DNA of 64,000 bases from Kondoa subrosea (taxonomy: Eukaryota), in the NCBI GenBank assembly GCA_039545335.1, contig BCIN01000004.1, positions 486,925 through 550,924 on the forward strand. The letters are read 5' to 3'. The translations under genes and the position numbers were made by a program. A model generated the notes under the pieces. That model was not told where the DNA came from. It did not search any database and saw nothing but the letters and a program-made list of their open reading frames with translations. Positions 27,559-40,870 of the stretch are shown one piece after another. The stretch's first letter is position 1. Each line of letters begins with the position of its first letter.

Positions 27559-29167
27559 TTACAATACATCGTTCCCTACAATGGCATTGGTTTTGAGCGA
27601 AGAAGGCAGTTTCACTACTATCCCATCCGTCCTTACGCGATAAGATTGCTGAGCATCTCTCCATGAGACCTGTAGGACCTGATGAGCGAAAGTTTTTAAG
27701 CTTACAAGATGAGACTGACTTTATTCGACATCATAGCATATAACCAAACTGAAGATTCATCAGATCAAGCGGTTAAGCTCAACGGAACAGACTCACTAGG
27801 TAAAGCTGAACATTCTCTTAAAAGCCAAGCTTGAAAGAAAGGCCAACTAGGTCTTTCGTATGCTGATTTTCTAGGTTGGGGTGCAGGCGAAGCAGCAGCT
27901 AGTGATTTGAAGACGCTCAGATCAACCAAATACCAACAGATCATGTGTATCAGGAAGAAGAGGGTTGCAGGGAATGAAGTGAAGGAACGGAAAGAGAAGG
28001 CGCCAATCATACCAATGAGGATGCTTTCTGTAAAGGGTTCTGCGATAGTCGAAGAGCTATACAACCTGTCAGCTGCAGTCGCGGGACAGGAATACAAAAC
28101 CTACAATACCATGTATTTCCTGCGTGAACGTCAGAATTGGTCGAGAAACAATAAAGAGGAAGACGGACCGCACTCTGATCCATCTTACTCTTCTCCAGAA
28201 ATATGCAGACAGTGTCATCTTGCCAACTGTATTTCCGACCACATCGCTATTCATCGCATGACCTAATCCAAGTTCATGCCACAAAGCCCTTCCAATCATA
28301 TTATCTTCTCCCAGATAATCACCATATCCTTGTAGGGCTGGATATCCTTGAGCCACAGCTTTTGCTCCAACCGAAGTCTTTTCCAAATCTGATTTTCTCC
28401 ATAAAGTCGATTTCCCCATAATACAAGAATCGATTTCAGTCTTGTTGATAGCGAGGTACATTTTTGCATGCGTAGTACAAAGGAAAGCTTGTTCAACTCT
28501 TGATCCCCAGTTCAAGTCTGGAAATAAAGCGAACGGAACGTGATGAACCATTCCTATTGGTTTCCCTGTTCTTGGCGAAGGTGTATCGAAGAGAGGTACA
28601 GCATTAAGTAAAGCATCTGGACCGTTCAAAGCATTGCTGTCCACAACCCAAAGAATATCATATTTCGCTGCTTTGTATGATCGAATGAGGTTATTGATCT
28701 TTGGATTCACCCCGACATTTTCTTCGCCAACGATGAGCTGAGAATTGACATGCGTATACTTGTCTTGCAGTGCTCGAACAAGTGGTATAGCCTGATCATT
28801 CTCTTCGGCTACAGAGAAGATGATTTCGTACAGTGGGTATGCTTGGGTGAAAGAGCTTTCCAGGTTTTCGTACAGATTGTTATCTAGTCCACGCAAAGGT
28901 CGAAGGATAGACACGCCCGGCAGATCAGCGTTGGTTGATGATAACTTCACTGCGCGATTTCGATAGCGTTTCCTCCTGCAGCATAAGACCATCAGCTGGA
29001 TCACCGGAAGGAGGTGCTTACTCACGCTACATGCTCTCCCAAAAGACATACTAGCCAGATGAGTGTCCAAAGTCCAAATCCAAGAGAACTATCTTTGCGC
29101 ACTCAGGCTTGAACGACAATTCTTTGCTCTGGCTGGTCAAGGCTGCTCACGCAAGGATGTAGGTCAT
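27559..29167 (-). CDS. GCS1: Glucosylceramide synthase (GT21), paralog B
   Basis: PGVSILRPLRGLD, VAEEND, NPKINNL, LWVVDSN, HAKMY, CIMGKS, LGEDNMIG, RRVRWIRVR, WLLRECSALP|IW. Confidence 0.92.
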
Positions 29168-29821
29168 CGTAGGCGCATCTCTTGCGCTCTGTCTCTTTGA
29201 GCAAACAGTGCACTCGGATTCTTAAATTCGTCGCACTCGCTTAAGCTGCATCATCCAACTCTGTATGAGCTGATCTGAGGCGACTGCTTAGAGGCCTTCC
29301 TGCGTATCTAGAATCATCGAACACAGGTGTTTTCCAGCAACTCGGCTGTATACAGTGTTTCCAGGCTGCTTTTCTGCTTAGCACTATCTGTCAATTCGGA
29401 AACCTTTCGGTTCTCGTGTATATGGTCCTCATACTCGTCATGCTGAACAGATTGCGGGTACATGCTTGCACAGTAATCTCACTCTTCTGTCTCCTGTCTT
29501 CCTTCTCCCCCTGAGAAGACGGTTCGTCAATGACTGTACTGTGCTGTGCTTGCGCTAAGAATACATCGTCCGCAATCAACTGTGGCTTTCTTCTGTTGGA
29601 TGCAAGGTGCACGGTAGCACGGCTGCTTCAGAAGTCGAGGTCTTGGCTTCTGACTGTACATTTAATGATGACTGTACTCGAGGTAACACTTGTGAGAATA
29701 ATGTTGCTCCTCTTCTTTGCTCGTTCAATCTCACTTCTTCACAATAAACAATCAAACAATCTGTACGAGCGTTTTCCTTTGTTGTTTTCGCAACTCGTTG
29801 AATTCTTTCCAAAGTTAAACC

Positions 29822-30503
29822 ATGTACACCTCCGTCCTCTTTCTCGCTACACTCTTTGCTTCTGCCATAGCTAGCTCTCTTCCTGTAGTCAACACTTCAC
29901 CTGTACCTGGGGATGCTAATGCGCTCAATTCCATTTCCGCACTCATTCCTGTGTAAGCAGCCCAACAAGACGAAACAAATAACTTCAGGCTGAATTCTAT
30001 CTCAGCTCACCGACGATGGACACTCTCGATGCTTCACCCACCCCGACTCTCGTTGCTGCTAATAGCACTTCAATCAAGGTTTTTAAGACGCTCAACACGG
30101 ATGGATCCGATGCTGGTGACTTGGGCACGGAGAGTCCATCAGCTTCTGTTATCAATATGGTAAGCCCTTATCTTGAAACATATACGGTTACTTGCATCGG
30201 TTCCTGATGCTTTTTCTTATATAAGACTGATGTTTCACCCTCACCCTCTGTCACTCCTGACGGAACCGGTTTCGTCTCTGGTGTCAGCCCTACAACGACC
30301 GTCAACCTCACATTCAGCGGCGATCATGCTGCTCAAACTCCCGGTGTAGGTTTCCATCTTGTCTCTCTTAGTTGCTTGCTAAAACGGTTTGTCTCTAGTC
30401 TGCTCAAAAGCAATATCAAATCGCCGCAGCAGACACCTCAGGCGCCGACAAACTCGTCGTTCCAGGCTTGATGCTGGCTTTGGGCGCTGTCGCCTTGTTG
30501 TAA
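29822..30503 (+). CDS. Small secreted Ser/Thr/Pro-rich, probably GPI-anchored cell-surface protein
   Basis: Signal MYTSVLFLATLFASAIA; four exons; tail DTSGADKLVVPGLMLALGAVALL*. Confidence 0.75.
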
Positions 30504-31119
30504 GGAATGCTTGGGAATCTCAGGATTTGGGTTACGGTATTAGGGATACTGGACCTTTTTCTTCTCTCTAGACTTTGAGTATACTTTTATAACGCAGGAC
30601 AGCGCATACATTAGGATCCAGACTTTCCCTTCAAACTCCCTGACAGTTCCCTGACCCCTAGAACTTATTCCAACAATTGTTTTCCTGGCTTTGATCGATC
30701 AACCAAACGCATGATCCTTTCTTCCCTTCTGATACAGTCACTTGTACTTGGATATAGTCAGCGGGCTACATTTCCAGGAACTCTAGTCTGCATATGTCGT
30801 TTGTCGTAATTCGAGCACGACTTCCATTAAACCTCCAAAGGCTCTAAATCTTGCTCGATGAAAGGCACTGGTTGTTCATAGCCTTCGTAATCGTCTCTCT
30901 AGAGTATTCTTCCTTTTCCGGACCTCCTCGGGGCCGCTTTGATCAACGCGATCGAACCGATCCGAACGAAAGACCAGTATGGCTATGATCTCTTCCGCAG
31001 TGTCCTTGATTCAGCTGTTGTATGTCCTTTTGTATCGCCTTGTCCTCAGCGCTGGGTTCTTCTATGCTTTGGCAAAAGAGTTCCACTGTTTCGGCATTTC
31101 TATCCTCTCTCTCAACAAT

Positions 31120-32559
31120 ATGAATACAATCACTAGACCTCTTCTTCGATCCTCTTTAATTGGTCATGCTCGTATGACTTGTGTTACGCGAACCTTTTTC
31201 GTCAAATCTTCAGCTAAACCCAATACACTGTCCGGAACATCAACTTGGTTGCAGCCGTTCCGTCAGAGGCAACAAAGTACTGTTGCTCAAGTCGAAGAAG
31301 CTCAAACCGAAGGGAAAAGGCCTTGGCGTGATTATGTGTTGGGTCGCCGCACTGATTGTGTCAGGCGTAACGTGGCGTGAGTTCTGCTTTTCGTTCAATT
31401 TTGGCCTGTGCATCGCTTATGGTCGCAATTAGATGTGTCTCAAAATGAAAGGAATTCTGAAATCACGGGACCAGCATTCGACATTAAAGCAAAAGAGTAC
31501 TTGCAGTCAAGCTATAAGTACTTGGGCGTTGGCGCTGCTGCTACTGTTGGTCTGTCTTTGGGAATGAACAATATGCCCTTCATACGTCGCTTGATCAGCA
31601 AGAACCCTTGGGCAATAATAGTCAGATTACTTTACACCCTCCGATACAGCTTTGAATCATGCTTTATAGGGATGTTCGGCTTTCGGTGTTGTCATTTCGT
31701 TATTGGGTGTGCATTATACGGAACCAAGTGAGCTATTCGTTTTCTAAGTCTTTGGACCGCCTATGAACCGCCAAGGACAGCCAACAAGCTGGGAAAGACA
31801 CTCTCCTTCGCAGGCTTCCAGACCTTTTCGGCAATGACGCTGGCACCTTTGATCTACCTCAAGCCAATTTTCATCGGTCCTGCAGGAGTATTTCTCGCCG
31901 GTATTGTGCTTTCACAGGCTTTGGTTGGTAGCCAGGCCAAAACGGGCGATTATCTCATACTGGAGGGATTATCGTATGGTACCCTTCTATCTCCTTAAGA
32001 ATGTACATAAGCTGACAAATTTCTTTAGAGCGTCTTACTTGACCGGATCGCTGGCACTTCTTTCTGTGCATAACCTCGCAAAGACTCCACTTGGTGCGCG
32101 TGCACAACTCCTCATGTGCGGAATTCTTTGGTTCGGTGGGGTGAGTTCATCAGCACTTGCTCTAAGAATCAATATCTGACCTACCTCCAGCCTCTTTTGG
32201 CTGGCGGGAGCGCTTTCGTTGGTAACAGACAGGTTCTCTACAATACTCTTTCGGTTACAGATGGGCAGATCGAGGCCGATCCGATGTAAGCTATCTTGCA
32301 CTCTTCCTGCTTGGTCAATTCAATGATATTGTTTCTTCCACAGGAAAGAAGCTGTTATGTACCAAACGTCAGTCAATTCTTTGTCTTTAGTGATGCAACA
32401 CTCATGCTGAATGATTGCAGGGATATGTTCAACTTTTGGAAGCGCAAGGAGCAGATTCGGGAGATTCTCGCCCCCAGAAGAGGCGGAAGTTCCCAACAAA
32501 CCGCAGTTGAAGTCGAAGCGCCTGCACAGGAACAAGGCGTTGTATTGTATCAGCAGTAA
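31120..32559 (+). CDS. Bax inhibitor-1/TMBIM family, GHITM(MICS1)-like, divergent
   Basis: Presequence-like Arg-rich N-terminus; KEYLQSSYKYLGVG, NPWAII, multiple TM exons, ADPMKEAVMYQTDMFNFWKR. Confidence 0.65.
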
Positions 32560-32692
32560 TACCTTGGTTTCTTCCTTTGAGTAGTATCGTGATCTCTCTG
32601 TATAAGTAGGCGCAGGCGCTGGTATTTAAATCATGTCCATCTCAAATATATACAATATGAAAGTTTAATGCATTTATTTTAGTTGTTTTCCA

Positions 32693-34390
32693 TTATTCGC
32701 TTGCACTTTGATCTGATACTTCGTGATCGTACTTGACTTCCAGCTCCTCGCGATGAGGAAAATGCGCGATCAAAGTCGGAGTTGAAGGTGCTGCGGTATT
32801 ATCTGAGCATTGGACACCTAGTGAAATTGCATGAGAGACTGACCTTTAACTCGATCTGAGCGTTTGAGAGCCACTGAAACTGCTCGACCTTCAGCATGAA
32901 GAGGAGTGCTATGTACTGCTCGATAAAGTAGAGCCGCGTTGAGTACAAGACCAAGGAGTGGGAATCTGTGACACGGTTCAGCTGCGCCGGAGTGATAAGG
33001 AAGAAAGCATACATTGAGATCAAAGCAGCCAAGTAGATACAGATGTTATCGTTGGACATGATCATAGCGTCGAAGTGGAAAGCGAATTGCGCTAATAGTC
33101 CGACATAGGACGCGGCAACCAAAGTGATGACCCCCATCTCAAAGACCCTGTCTAGGTATCGATATAATGATACAAGGGAGGCATTTGTGACACGCACATT
33201 AGGTAATAACAGTGTCGCAATTGCGCGAGGCGGAAATTGACAACCTCGAGTGCTTCATCCGGTTGAGGTAGAGATTTCAGTTGTCGTGAGAGTAGCTTCA
33301 AATATGCGCAAGCGCAAGGAATGAAGAGCTACAGCAGGATAAGCAACCAATACTTTTACGATATATATTACGAACCAAAGTGATAACCAAGATGACTACC
33401 AACATACAAGCATAGGCTATTCTCATCTTAGGAATGTAATGATACATGATCTGACCAGCGAATTCCAAGAGCAATGCAGTCCAAGTAGCTGTTTCCCGTT
33501 TTCAGGAACACCCAACGCAAAAGAATAAACGACCCACGATCGAAGACAAATTTTTGACCAGGTTCCCATTCGCTCTCGGGTATTGCGATCGCTTTCATCA
33601 AGACAGTCAGACGATCCATTCCGGTGCACAATGCAGCACTTGAGGAAGCGAAAGGAATGCAAATCGAAGTGAAAACAGCAATATACGTGATCCTGAGCAT
33701 GTTGTATCAGTTCTATTCTTGACATTAAAGCAAAGCTCACAAGAAGAAAATGTTCAAAGCCATAGCCGGAATTCGTCTGCCAAAGATACTTGGATTGGTC
33801 TTTGAAGTGTACAATAGTATAGCTACGCCATGGGTTTCATTCACCAGAACACAGACCACTGATTCAAGCGAGATGTGAGCGTCTACAACCTGTTGACAGA
33901 AAGGTATGCTCACTCATTGGCCATAAAGCGGCATAAAACTGCTGAAAGATTTCACTTGATTCTTGCACACCGTCGTAAGCGCTGATCATATAGAGAACAT
34001 GTGGTATAGCAACTAAATTGAAAAAAAAAGAGAGAGTAGTAAAGACCGCAGTAGTGTTTGCAAGGACCAATCTTGAATCCGATACTTGCTTGAACTTGTA
34101 GAGCCATAGATTTTTCTGACGATGTCGGAAGCAAAGTGTTCCCAAAGCGAAGATTAAAGATAATATCAGAACGCCGACAATGCAATAACAGAAATTGTGC
34201 CAGGCAGCAGTCATCTTTCAACGTAAAGTCCTCAGCCTTGTCCGTGTCCATATGGATGATGATGACTCACTGGGGTATTGATAAGCTGTAGAAGAGACTT
34301 CTTATATAACGTGTAAGGATTGACATCGACAGGTGCGTTTTCCGCAGCTTGCACCGCGGCCAAAGCGCGCTCGAGCTGGACGCTTGCCAT
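32693..34390 (-). CDS. Orphan multi-pass membrane protein (about 7 hydrophobic segments)
   Basis: Spliced model MASVQLERALAAVQAAENAPVDVNPYTL..P|MTAAWHNFCYCIVGVLILSLIFALG..LWLYKF..LVLANTT and further hydrophobic exons; 3' end approximate. Confidence 0.6.
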
Positions 34391-34815
34391 GAAAACAGAA
34401 CAAGAGAATAGTCGGGTAAGAGGAAGAGAGTGAAAATCAGGCTTGCGCAGAAATGTTCGGCACGAGATTGAGATTGCGCTTTCGCAATATGCATTCGAAG
34501 ATCAATTGAAATCCGAGATTTCCGCGATTCATAATGAAATATCTTTTCCTCCCCCCGAGAGCATGTCGCACAGAAGGCACTCTAAGCATGAAGGGCTCAT
34601 GTGCATCGATAGTGATACACAGCTTATAAATCACCGGCTTCAAGTTGTCGTGACAACAGCGATCAAGACAAAAGAAGAAGCAGAGCAAAGAAGCAGTATT
34701 TGATGCTAGCCTGCACCTGAACTGTACGAACCAGAAATACGCTTTGCTATATCGTTTGCTGTAGAAAGGTGTCTTCTCCGTATTCAACGAAGTATACCAC
34801 CTGTCCTGTGTGGAC

Positions 34816-36361
34816 ATGCTACCCCTCTCGCTATGGACCTTGATATCCACTCTGATCAGTGTGCAAGCCTTATCTTCAAGCAGTCCGCCTGATTTGCTCT
34901 CGTCACCGAAATCATCTGTTCTTCTAACTCGCAATTCCATTTCAAACGAGAGCGCTATAGCTTTACTCTCTTCTGGTCAATCGTACAAACTACTCCGAGC
35001 AAAGAATGGTCAAGGCTTTCTATGCTCTTTGCCAGATAAAGCCAGCACTGGTCTTTCGCGTTCGTCTACACCTTCAGTGAAATCAGACGGTTGGGCAGGA
35101 TTGAGTAAAGAGGAAAGGAAGCGACGGTCCCAAGAGAGAATAGAAGCAGGATTGCAGAAAGGCTTGAACTTGTTAGAACCGCTCAAGAATGGTTGTCTGT
35201 ACCTCAAGCAAGGATGGTTCACCTGTCAGTCTGCGTCTTCTTCCAATTATAACATCAATTGATCACACGGGCGAGTGTAGATGCCTTCTGCCATGGATCG
35301 GAAATCAGGCAGTTTCATGAAATCAAAGTCATCAACGCTCAAGGTCATCAATCAACCACACCAGTAGAAGATCCCAACACAGAACCATACAGTCTGGGAA
35401 CCTATCCATCTTCCGAAGTATCACTATCCTCTTTAACTTCTTCCGGTGATGGTGTTGGTTTGAGAGAATTACTCGCTTCACCCGGAAATGATGTGGATTT
35501 GAGTTTCTCGCCATCATCGAAAGGAGAAGATGCGCATTATTTAAGTGAAGATGGGTTCTCGAACGCAAAGCGATATTTAGTGCAATCTTGGAATGGTGGA
35601 ACTATTTGCGATATGACAGGAATGCCTAGAAGAGTTGAAGTTCAGGTGAGATATATGTCTCCGGAAAAGATCTCTTAGTGCTTAGCAGAGTTGTTGTCTC
35701 ACAGTTTCACTGCAACACCCAATCAACGGATCGAATTGCTTTGATAAGGGAAACAGCTATTTGCGAATATCTCATGGTTGTTCATACACCTCGACTTTGT
35801 TCTGAACCTTTGTTTCTTGCTTCGGGCGACAGTAATGGTTCCGAAGAAATCCAAAGTATCACTTGCGATCCTATCACTTCATCATCTTCTCACGCTCAAG
35901 AGAAAACGCAAGAACCAACCATCTTCGAAAGTACAGACCAAGCACAAGAAAAAGAAGAACAAGAACCTGTGATCGAGACTGTGTTAGTCTACATCGATCC
36001 GATAACTGGTCTTCAAGTCCCAGCTCCTCAAGAGAGGAAAGAAAGGAAGTTGAGATATACAGGAGGGAAAGAAATGGCTGATGCTGTTCAAGAAGAAATG
36101 AAGAAATATGCTGATGCTCATCCTGGGTTTGATGGAAATTTCCCTCAAGATTTCTTAAAAGGATTAATGGAAAGAATCATGTGGGATGAAGAAGTACCTC
36201 CCCCGAAACTTGTTGTTCATCAGCAGCCAAGAAAGTTGAATAGGAAGAGAGGGGGAGAAGAGCAACCGTATATTGGTAGTAGCGCTCAACATGCTTTGAA
36301 AGGCATCTATGGTGAACGATTCGTTGAAGATTTAGATGAGAGAAAGAAGGATGAATTATAG
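34816..36361 (+). CDS. YOS9: ER lectin OS-9/Yos9 (MRH domain)
   Basis: Signal peptide; CLYLKQGWFT|YAFCHGSEIRQFH, YLVQSWNGGTICDMTGMPRRVEVQ|FHC, ETAICEYLMVVHTPRLC; C-terminal KDEL. Confidence 0.92.
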
Positions 36362-36537
36362 TCAACTTAAGCTGAGCTCTTCGGTGTGTAACAAGTTCAT
36401 GTAAAATATCATGTTCCATTACGGAGCAGAAGATATAGTGGTAGAACTCGATGGAAGCCCGACATTCGGTGGAGATTTGACTGATTTCAATCCAACCGCG
36501 TGCAACGCTATCCTCGCTGGCCGAATGTGCAATCTCT

Positions 36538-39500
36538 TCAGGAGACCGCCTGGCTGATGTTTCGAGAGATCCTTTTTCTGTACGTTTTCACGCAACGCGA
36601 TAAGATGAGCTTGTAACCCACATCACATTCAACTGCGGAAAGGGATCAGCAGGAAATCCTGGCTATCTTAGCAGTGTGCTTACAAGCATGACATTTGCCA
36701 TCAAGGCATCCAACGCGCTTCCATCCCACCATAGTTTCGCAGTCGATCCCACACCCTCCACAGTTGTTTATATCGTCATGACTCACACACTCGCTGGCTC
36801 CGTTTGCATTTGGACAGGTACGTTCGCCAAAAGGACATTCATTCAAGGTAAGTTGATTGCGACGTCGTCTCGATCGTTTGCTGAAGCTACCAGAGGGGCT
36901 TGGGGCCACAACAACCAGATTGCACAAGCTGACGGAACGCCGACCTATTGCCGTCGGAGTCATGATGTAGCCATCCTAGAAACAGAGGGGATGTCTTAGT
37001 CTGCCTAGTTTGCTGCCAACTTTTGGAAAACATACGTGACAACAACCGCAACCATCGGTTTGACCGTAATCGCCATAGGCTGTCATGAAATTCTTTCAGT
37101 AAATCTTTAGATCTTGCCTGAAAGGCCCCACCTTGATATCCGTTATTGCATGGCACAATACACTGAGACCATCGAGTTCCATCGTCGTCATTTTGATAGA
37201 TCTCACCGTTCATATCAGTATGAAAGCAAATTGCATCAAATGTCAACTTACCGTTTCACGAGTGTTTGCGTCACACACCTGACAGCCTCCGGAGCCGTAC
37301 GGTAATTGTAAGGCCGGTATGTTACATGCATACAAGCAATTGCCATAGACAAGAGTCTTGAGTGGATTCCCGTCGCATCCAGCATTCGCTGCGCAGGAAG
37401 CTATGAGCGGACTGCCCAGGCATATTCGATAACACTGACCTGACTTAACGCAAGCACTTGAAGAGTCTAAAAGATAGCCAGCTATGCAGCGTACGAAATC
37501 AGAGCCACTAGCAATTTTGAAGGACGCCTTACTGTTGCATGATGAACAGCCATATATGCTTTGTACTCCATTCGTGCACTTAGTCGCGCATGCACTGTCT
37601 ACAAGAGCTTGATTTGGGTCGTTGCATGACAAACAGCCACCGGTGTCGGACTGAGCTCCATTTGGACAGGTGGGTACACATTGGCCAGTAGTTTGCGACA
37701 AGTGACCATAGCCGCCAGAACAAGCTACAGCTGTGTCAAGCTAAGTTTTCCAAGTGAGGAAAGAAACCTACAGGCGCATCCTCCCGAGCCTGGAACTGTG
37801 GCACCACCAAGGCATTGACAGCCTCCCGAATCACTTTGAGCCAAAGTGTAGACGTTGCATTTGGCCACGCAGAGACCTTGGCTGTTCACGACTGTATTGC
37901 CGCTGCATGATTCTCCGCAAAAGCCGTTGATACCTGATCACTTCAGCCTGTGCTTCATCAGTATGATCTTGACCAACCATTTTTCAATCCGAGGCTTGTA
38001 CAGGTCACACAATTACCATTCGATTTCGTATAGCCATCTTTGCAGACACAGGCTAGCCAAACAGATGTTAGCGTCCTTCATAGCTCTGCGAACGGGACCC
38101 CACTGTTTCCTAAGCTGACAGTATTGAGCGCTTGACATTCGCAACCACCTTTACCAGACTGACTCCCTGCCGGGTCTTGGCAAGGCGCGACGCAAGTAAA
38201 GCCTTGTGGGGTAGACTCGTCGAATCCCAGAGCCAACCCGTCTGGACAGCTTCTTGCGCAACCCCCCGAATGCGCCAAATCTCCATTCGCCGTATATGGC
38301 TCAGCATCACATGTAGTCGTTCCACCTTTTGGCACTAGGCAAAAACGAGGTTCGGTAGAGGAGCCGCAGTTGATAACGTTGGTGCAGCTGAACAAGCCTT
38401 TGACAATAGCGTCTCCAGAGCCAAAACCATTGCTGTAGCCATTATCATTACAGCCGGTGTTGTAATAGCAGAGACCAGCATGACAAAATCCTGAGCGCGA
38501 CCTCAGCTCCGCCAGATAGAGGGCGTACAACATACCGCTCGTCGAACTGCCTTTATTTGTGGCGCCTCCTAAATTACAAGCCGGGTCGATAGCATCTGTC
38601 GTTGTGCAGACTTGACCACCAGTATAATCGACAGTGGTCTGGGTCGGTGTTGTACCACAGATCAGGTTATTGCTTTTGACGGAGCCATCGAAATTCAGAT
38701 GTGCAGATGTATCTCCCTGTTAGTCAGTCAATTTGACATATCAGACGCTTTTTGTGAGGATGAGCAGCTTATATACCTGAGCATAATACCCATCTGCACA
38801 GGTGGTGCACTGCGTCCCACCGCTAACACCCGACTCATATAGTCCAGCATAACCCTGTACGGCTGATCAGCTGTATATTTTGTACTCAGGAGAAATTTAC
38901 AGTGTCACAAGCACACGCGTTCGCATTACGTCCGTCCGCATTCCCTCCAACGGAGTGAGTATTCGTTCCACATTGTATACATTGCTCGCCTGACAGATAG
39001 CTTCCCTGTATCAGAGCAGATTCCTCAGACAGCTTTCGGGTAGCCTTCTTCGATCTGCTTACGGAAGGACAGCCGCATCTACCCCCGAATTGCTCCTTTC
39101 CAATATACGTATACTATAGAAATGAGCTATAATTCGGACACGTCAGGGTGACAGCGAACTGGGGCATCGCAGTTGCAAAAATGTCCAGTGCACACATATC
39201 CGTTGATACAGCCGTAATTAGGATCACAGTACTGATTCTTTTGAGGAACGCGAAGCGTAAGTAAAGTCAGGATCATCAGCTGTGAATGTTGAGCTTACTC
39301 TTGTTGCGACACAACGTCCGTTCCTGCAACCGCTCGTTGCCGGACCGCAATTGTCATTGCTCGAACATTCTGCTCCTGCTCCTCCGCAAGTTTGCAGCTC
39401 GAGACTGCACTGGCTGTTGTAGCATTGCGAAGAATCCTGATCATGTAGAATCAGGACTCTCCGAATCATGCATAATTGGTGAACATACTGTACATGACTG

Positions 39501-39998
39501 AATTGACACCGAATTAGTGTCTTAAACGACTGAGGAGAAGAGAAAGAAATCCGGACGAACAGCACCTGGTGCGCCGCAATGTCCAATAGTACCAACGACG
39601 AAGCCATTCTGCGCAGTGTCGTCAAGCGTTTGTGTCGCTGTCAGATGCATTTTGCGACATACTATGAGAAAGCAATTTGGCTTGAAACTTCCATAGAAAA
39701 AGAATGGCGATGAATTTCCGTCTGCTTGTCCTTGACAACGTGGCTGGAATGAAGATCCAAACGGACCAGAGTTCGCATCGACTGGCAAACAATCTGTGTC
39801 TTTACCTAACAATCAGATCAGTCTTGCAACCCAAACCGACAACGACAAGTGCTTAATCGTACAGCAGCGGTCGCCTAGATATCCATACGTGTCTAGACCA
39901 ACGCCTCCTGACTGTCTTCTCTCCAGGACACTGCTATTGCTGGATGCAACGGCGAGGCCAGCTAATAGTAACAGAGCCGTAAAATATTCGACAACCAT
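36538..39998 (-). CDS. Large secreted Cys/Gly-rich protein with EGF/furin-like repeats and C-terminal PriA/CPL1-like domain
   Basis: Signal MVVEYFTALLLLAGLAVA, ERR site; many short exons chain in frame; C-terminus CPFGERTCP..ECVSHDDINNCGGCGIDC....VGCLDGKC..ECDVGY. Confidence 0.75.
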
Positions 39999-40870
39999 AC
40001 TAGCGGCACAAGCTCCAAGTATGCTACTTTGTGGCAGTATAGGACCAGATATATCGGAAAATCACAGCAGCAGAGGAGGGCCCGCACCATTCGGTCCACG
40101 ATAGGATTAAAGACATGCCGCTCCATTACAGAGGCAGAGACCGATCAGATAGCTTTTCCCCGCTCCCGTTGTCTCGACGATAAGCGGGAAGTAACAGGCT
40201 TAGAGCGATTGCGAATCAATCTGGCCCGACTACTGGTGAAATCATCCAATGTTCCCCAGTAAGCGCATGAGTAAATTCGTTGTCTCGTGACAAAGATGTA
40301 CAGCAGACAGCGGGTCAGCGTGATATAATCAGATCTAGACGAGTTGCTGCTTGGTACATCAGTGATTTGGGTCTGCACACAGAACAGTTACATATTTCAC
40401 GACGAGTCGACGACCGGACACGAAGCCATTGATGAGAAGGAACAAGACAGGCACCATAGAGGGCAAAGACAATAGCCGAACTGCGGGACTGGCTGTCTGC
40501 GAGCTACTACTAGAGGCTGATCTTTCCACGTTGGATCGGCGAGTCGTATTTGCGAGAATTTGAGAAACCGTGCCTGAAGTCCAATGCAAGAGCTTTGGCG
40601 TAGATTCTGGAGTCCTGAGAGCGCACACTCTTCGTGACCAGTTATAGAAGGAGATCGGATGCAAGTTGGATGTTTTTGTCACGGTTGTTTAGCTTTAAAT
40701 TGGGCATGCTCAAATTTGAAATTGCTGTAAAAGGGATATTGGTTGCAGTTCAGACGAAAGATTGTTTGGCAGCAAGCTCTCTTATGTCCTGGATATCATA
40801 CGAATTATTTTACCGATTATAATGCTATGCTTATTTTTGATAAATGCTTAGTATGAGAAACGGAGCTGAC

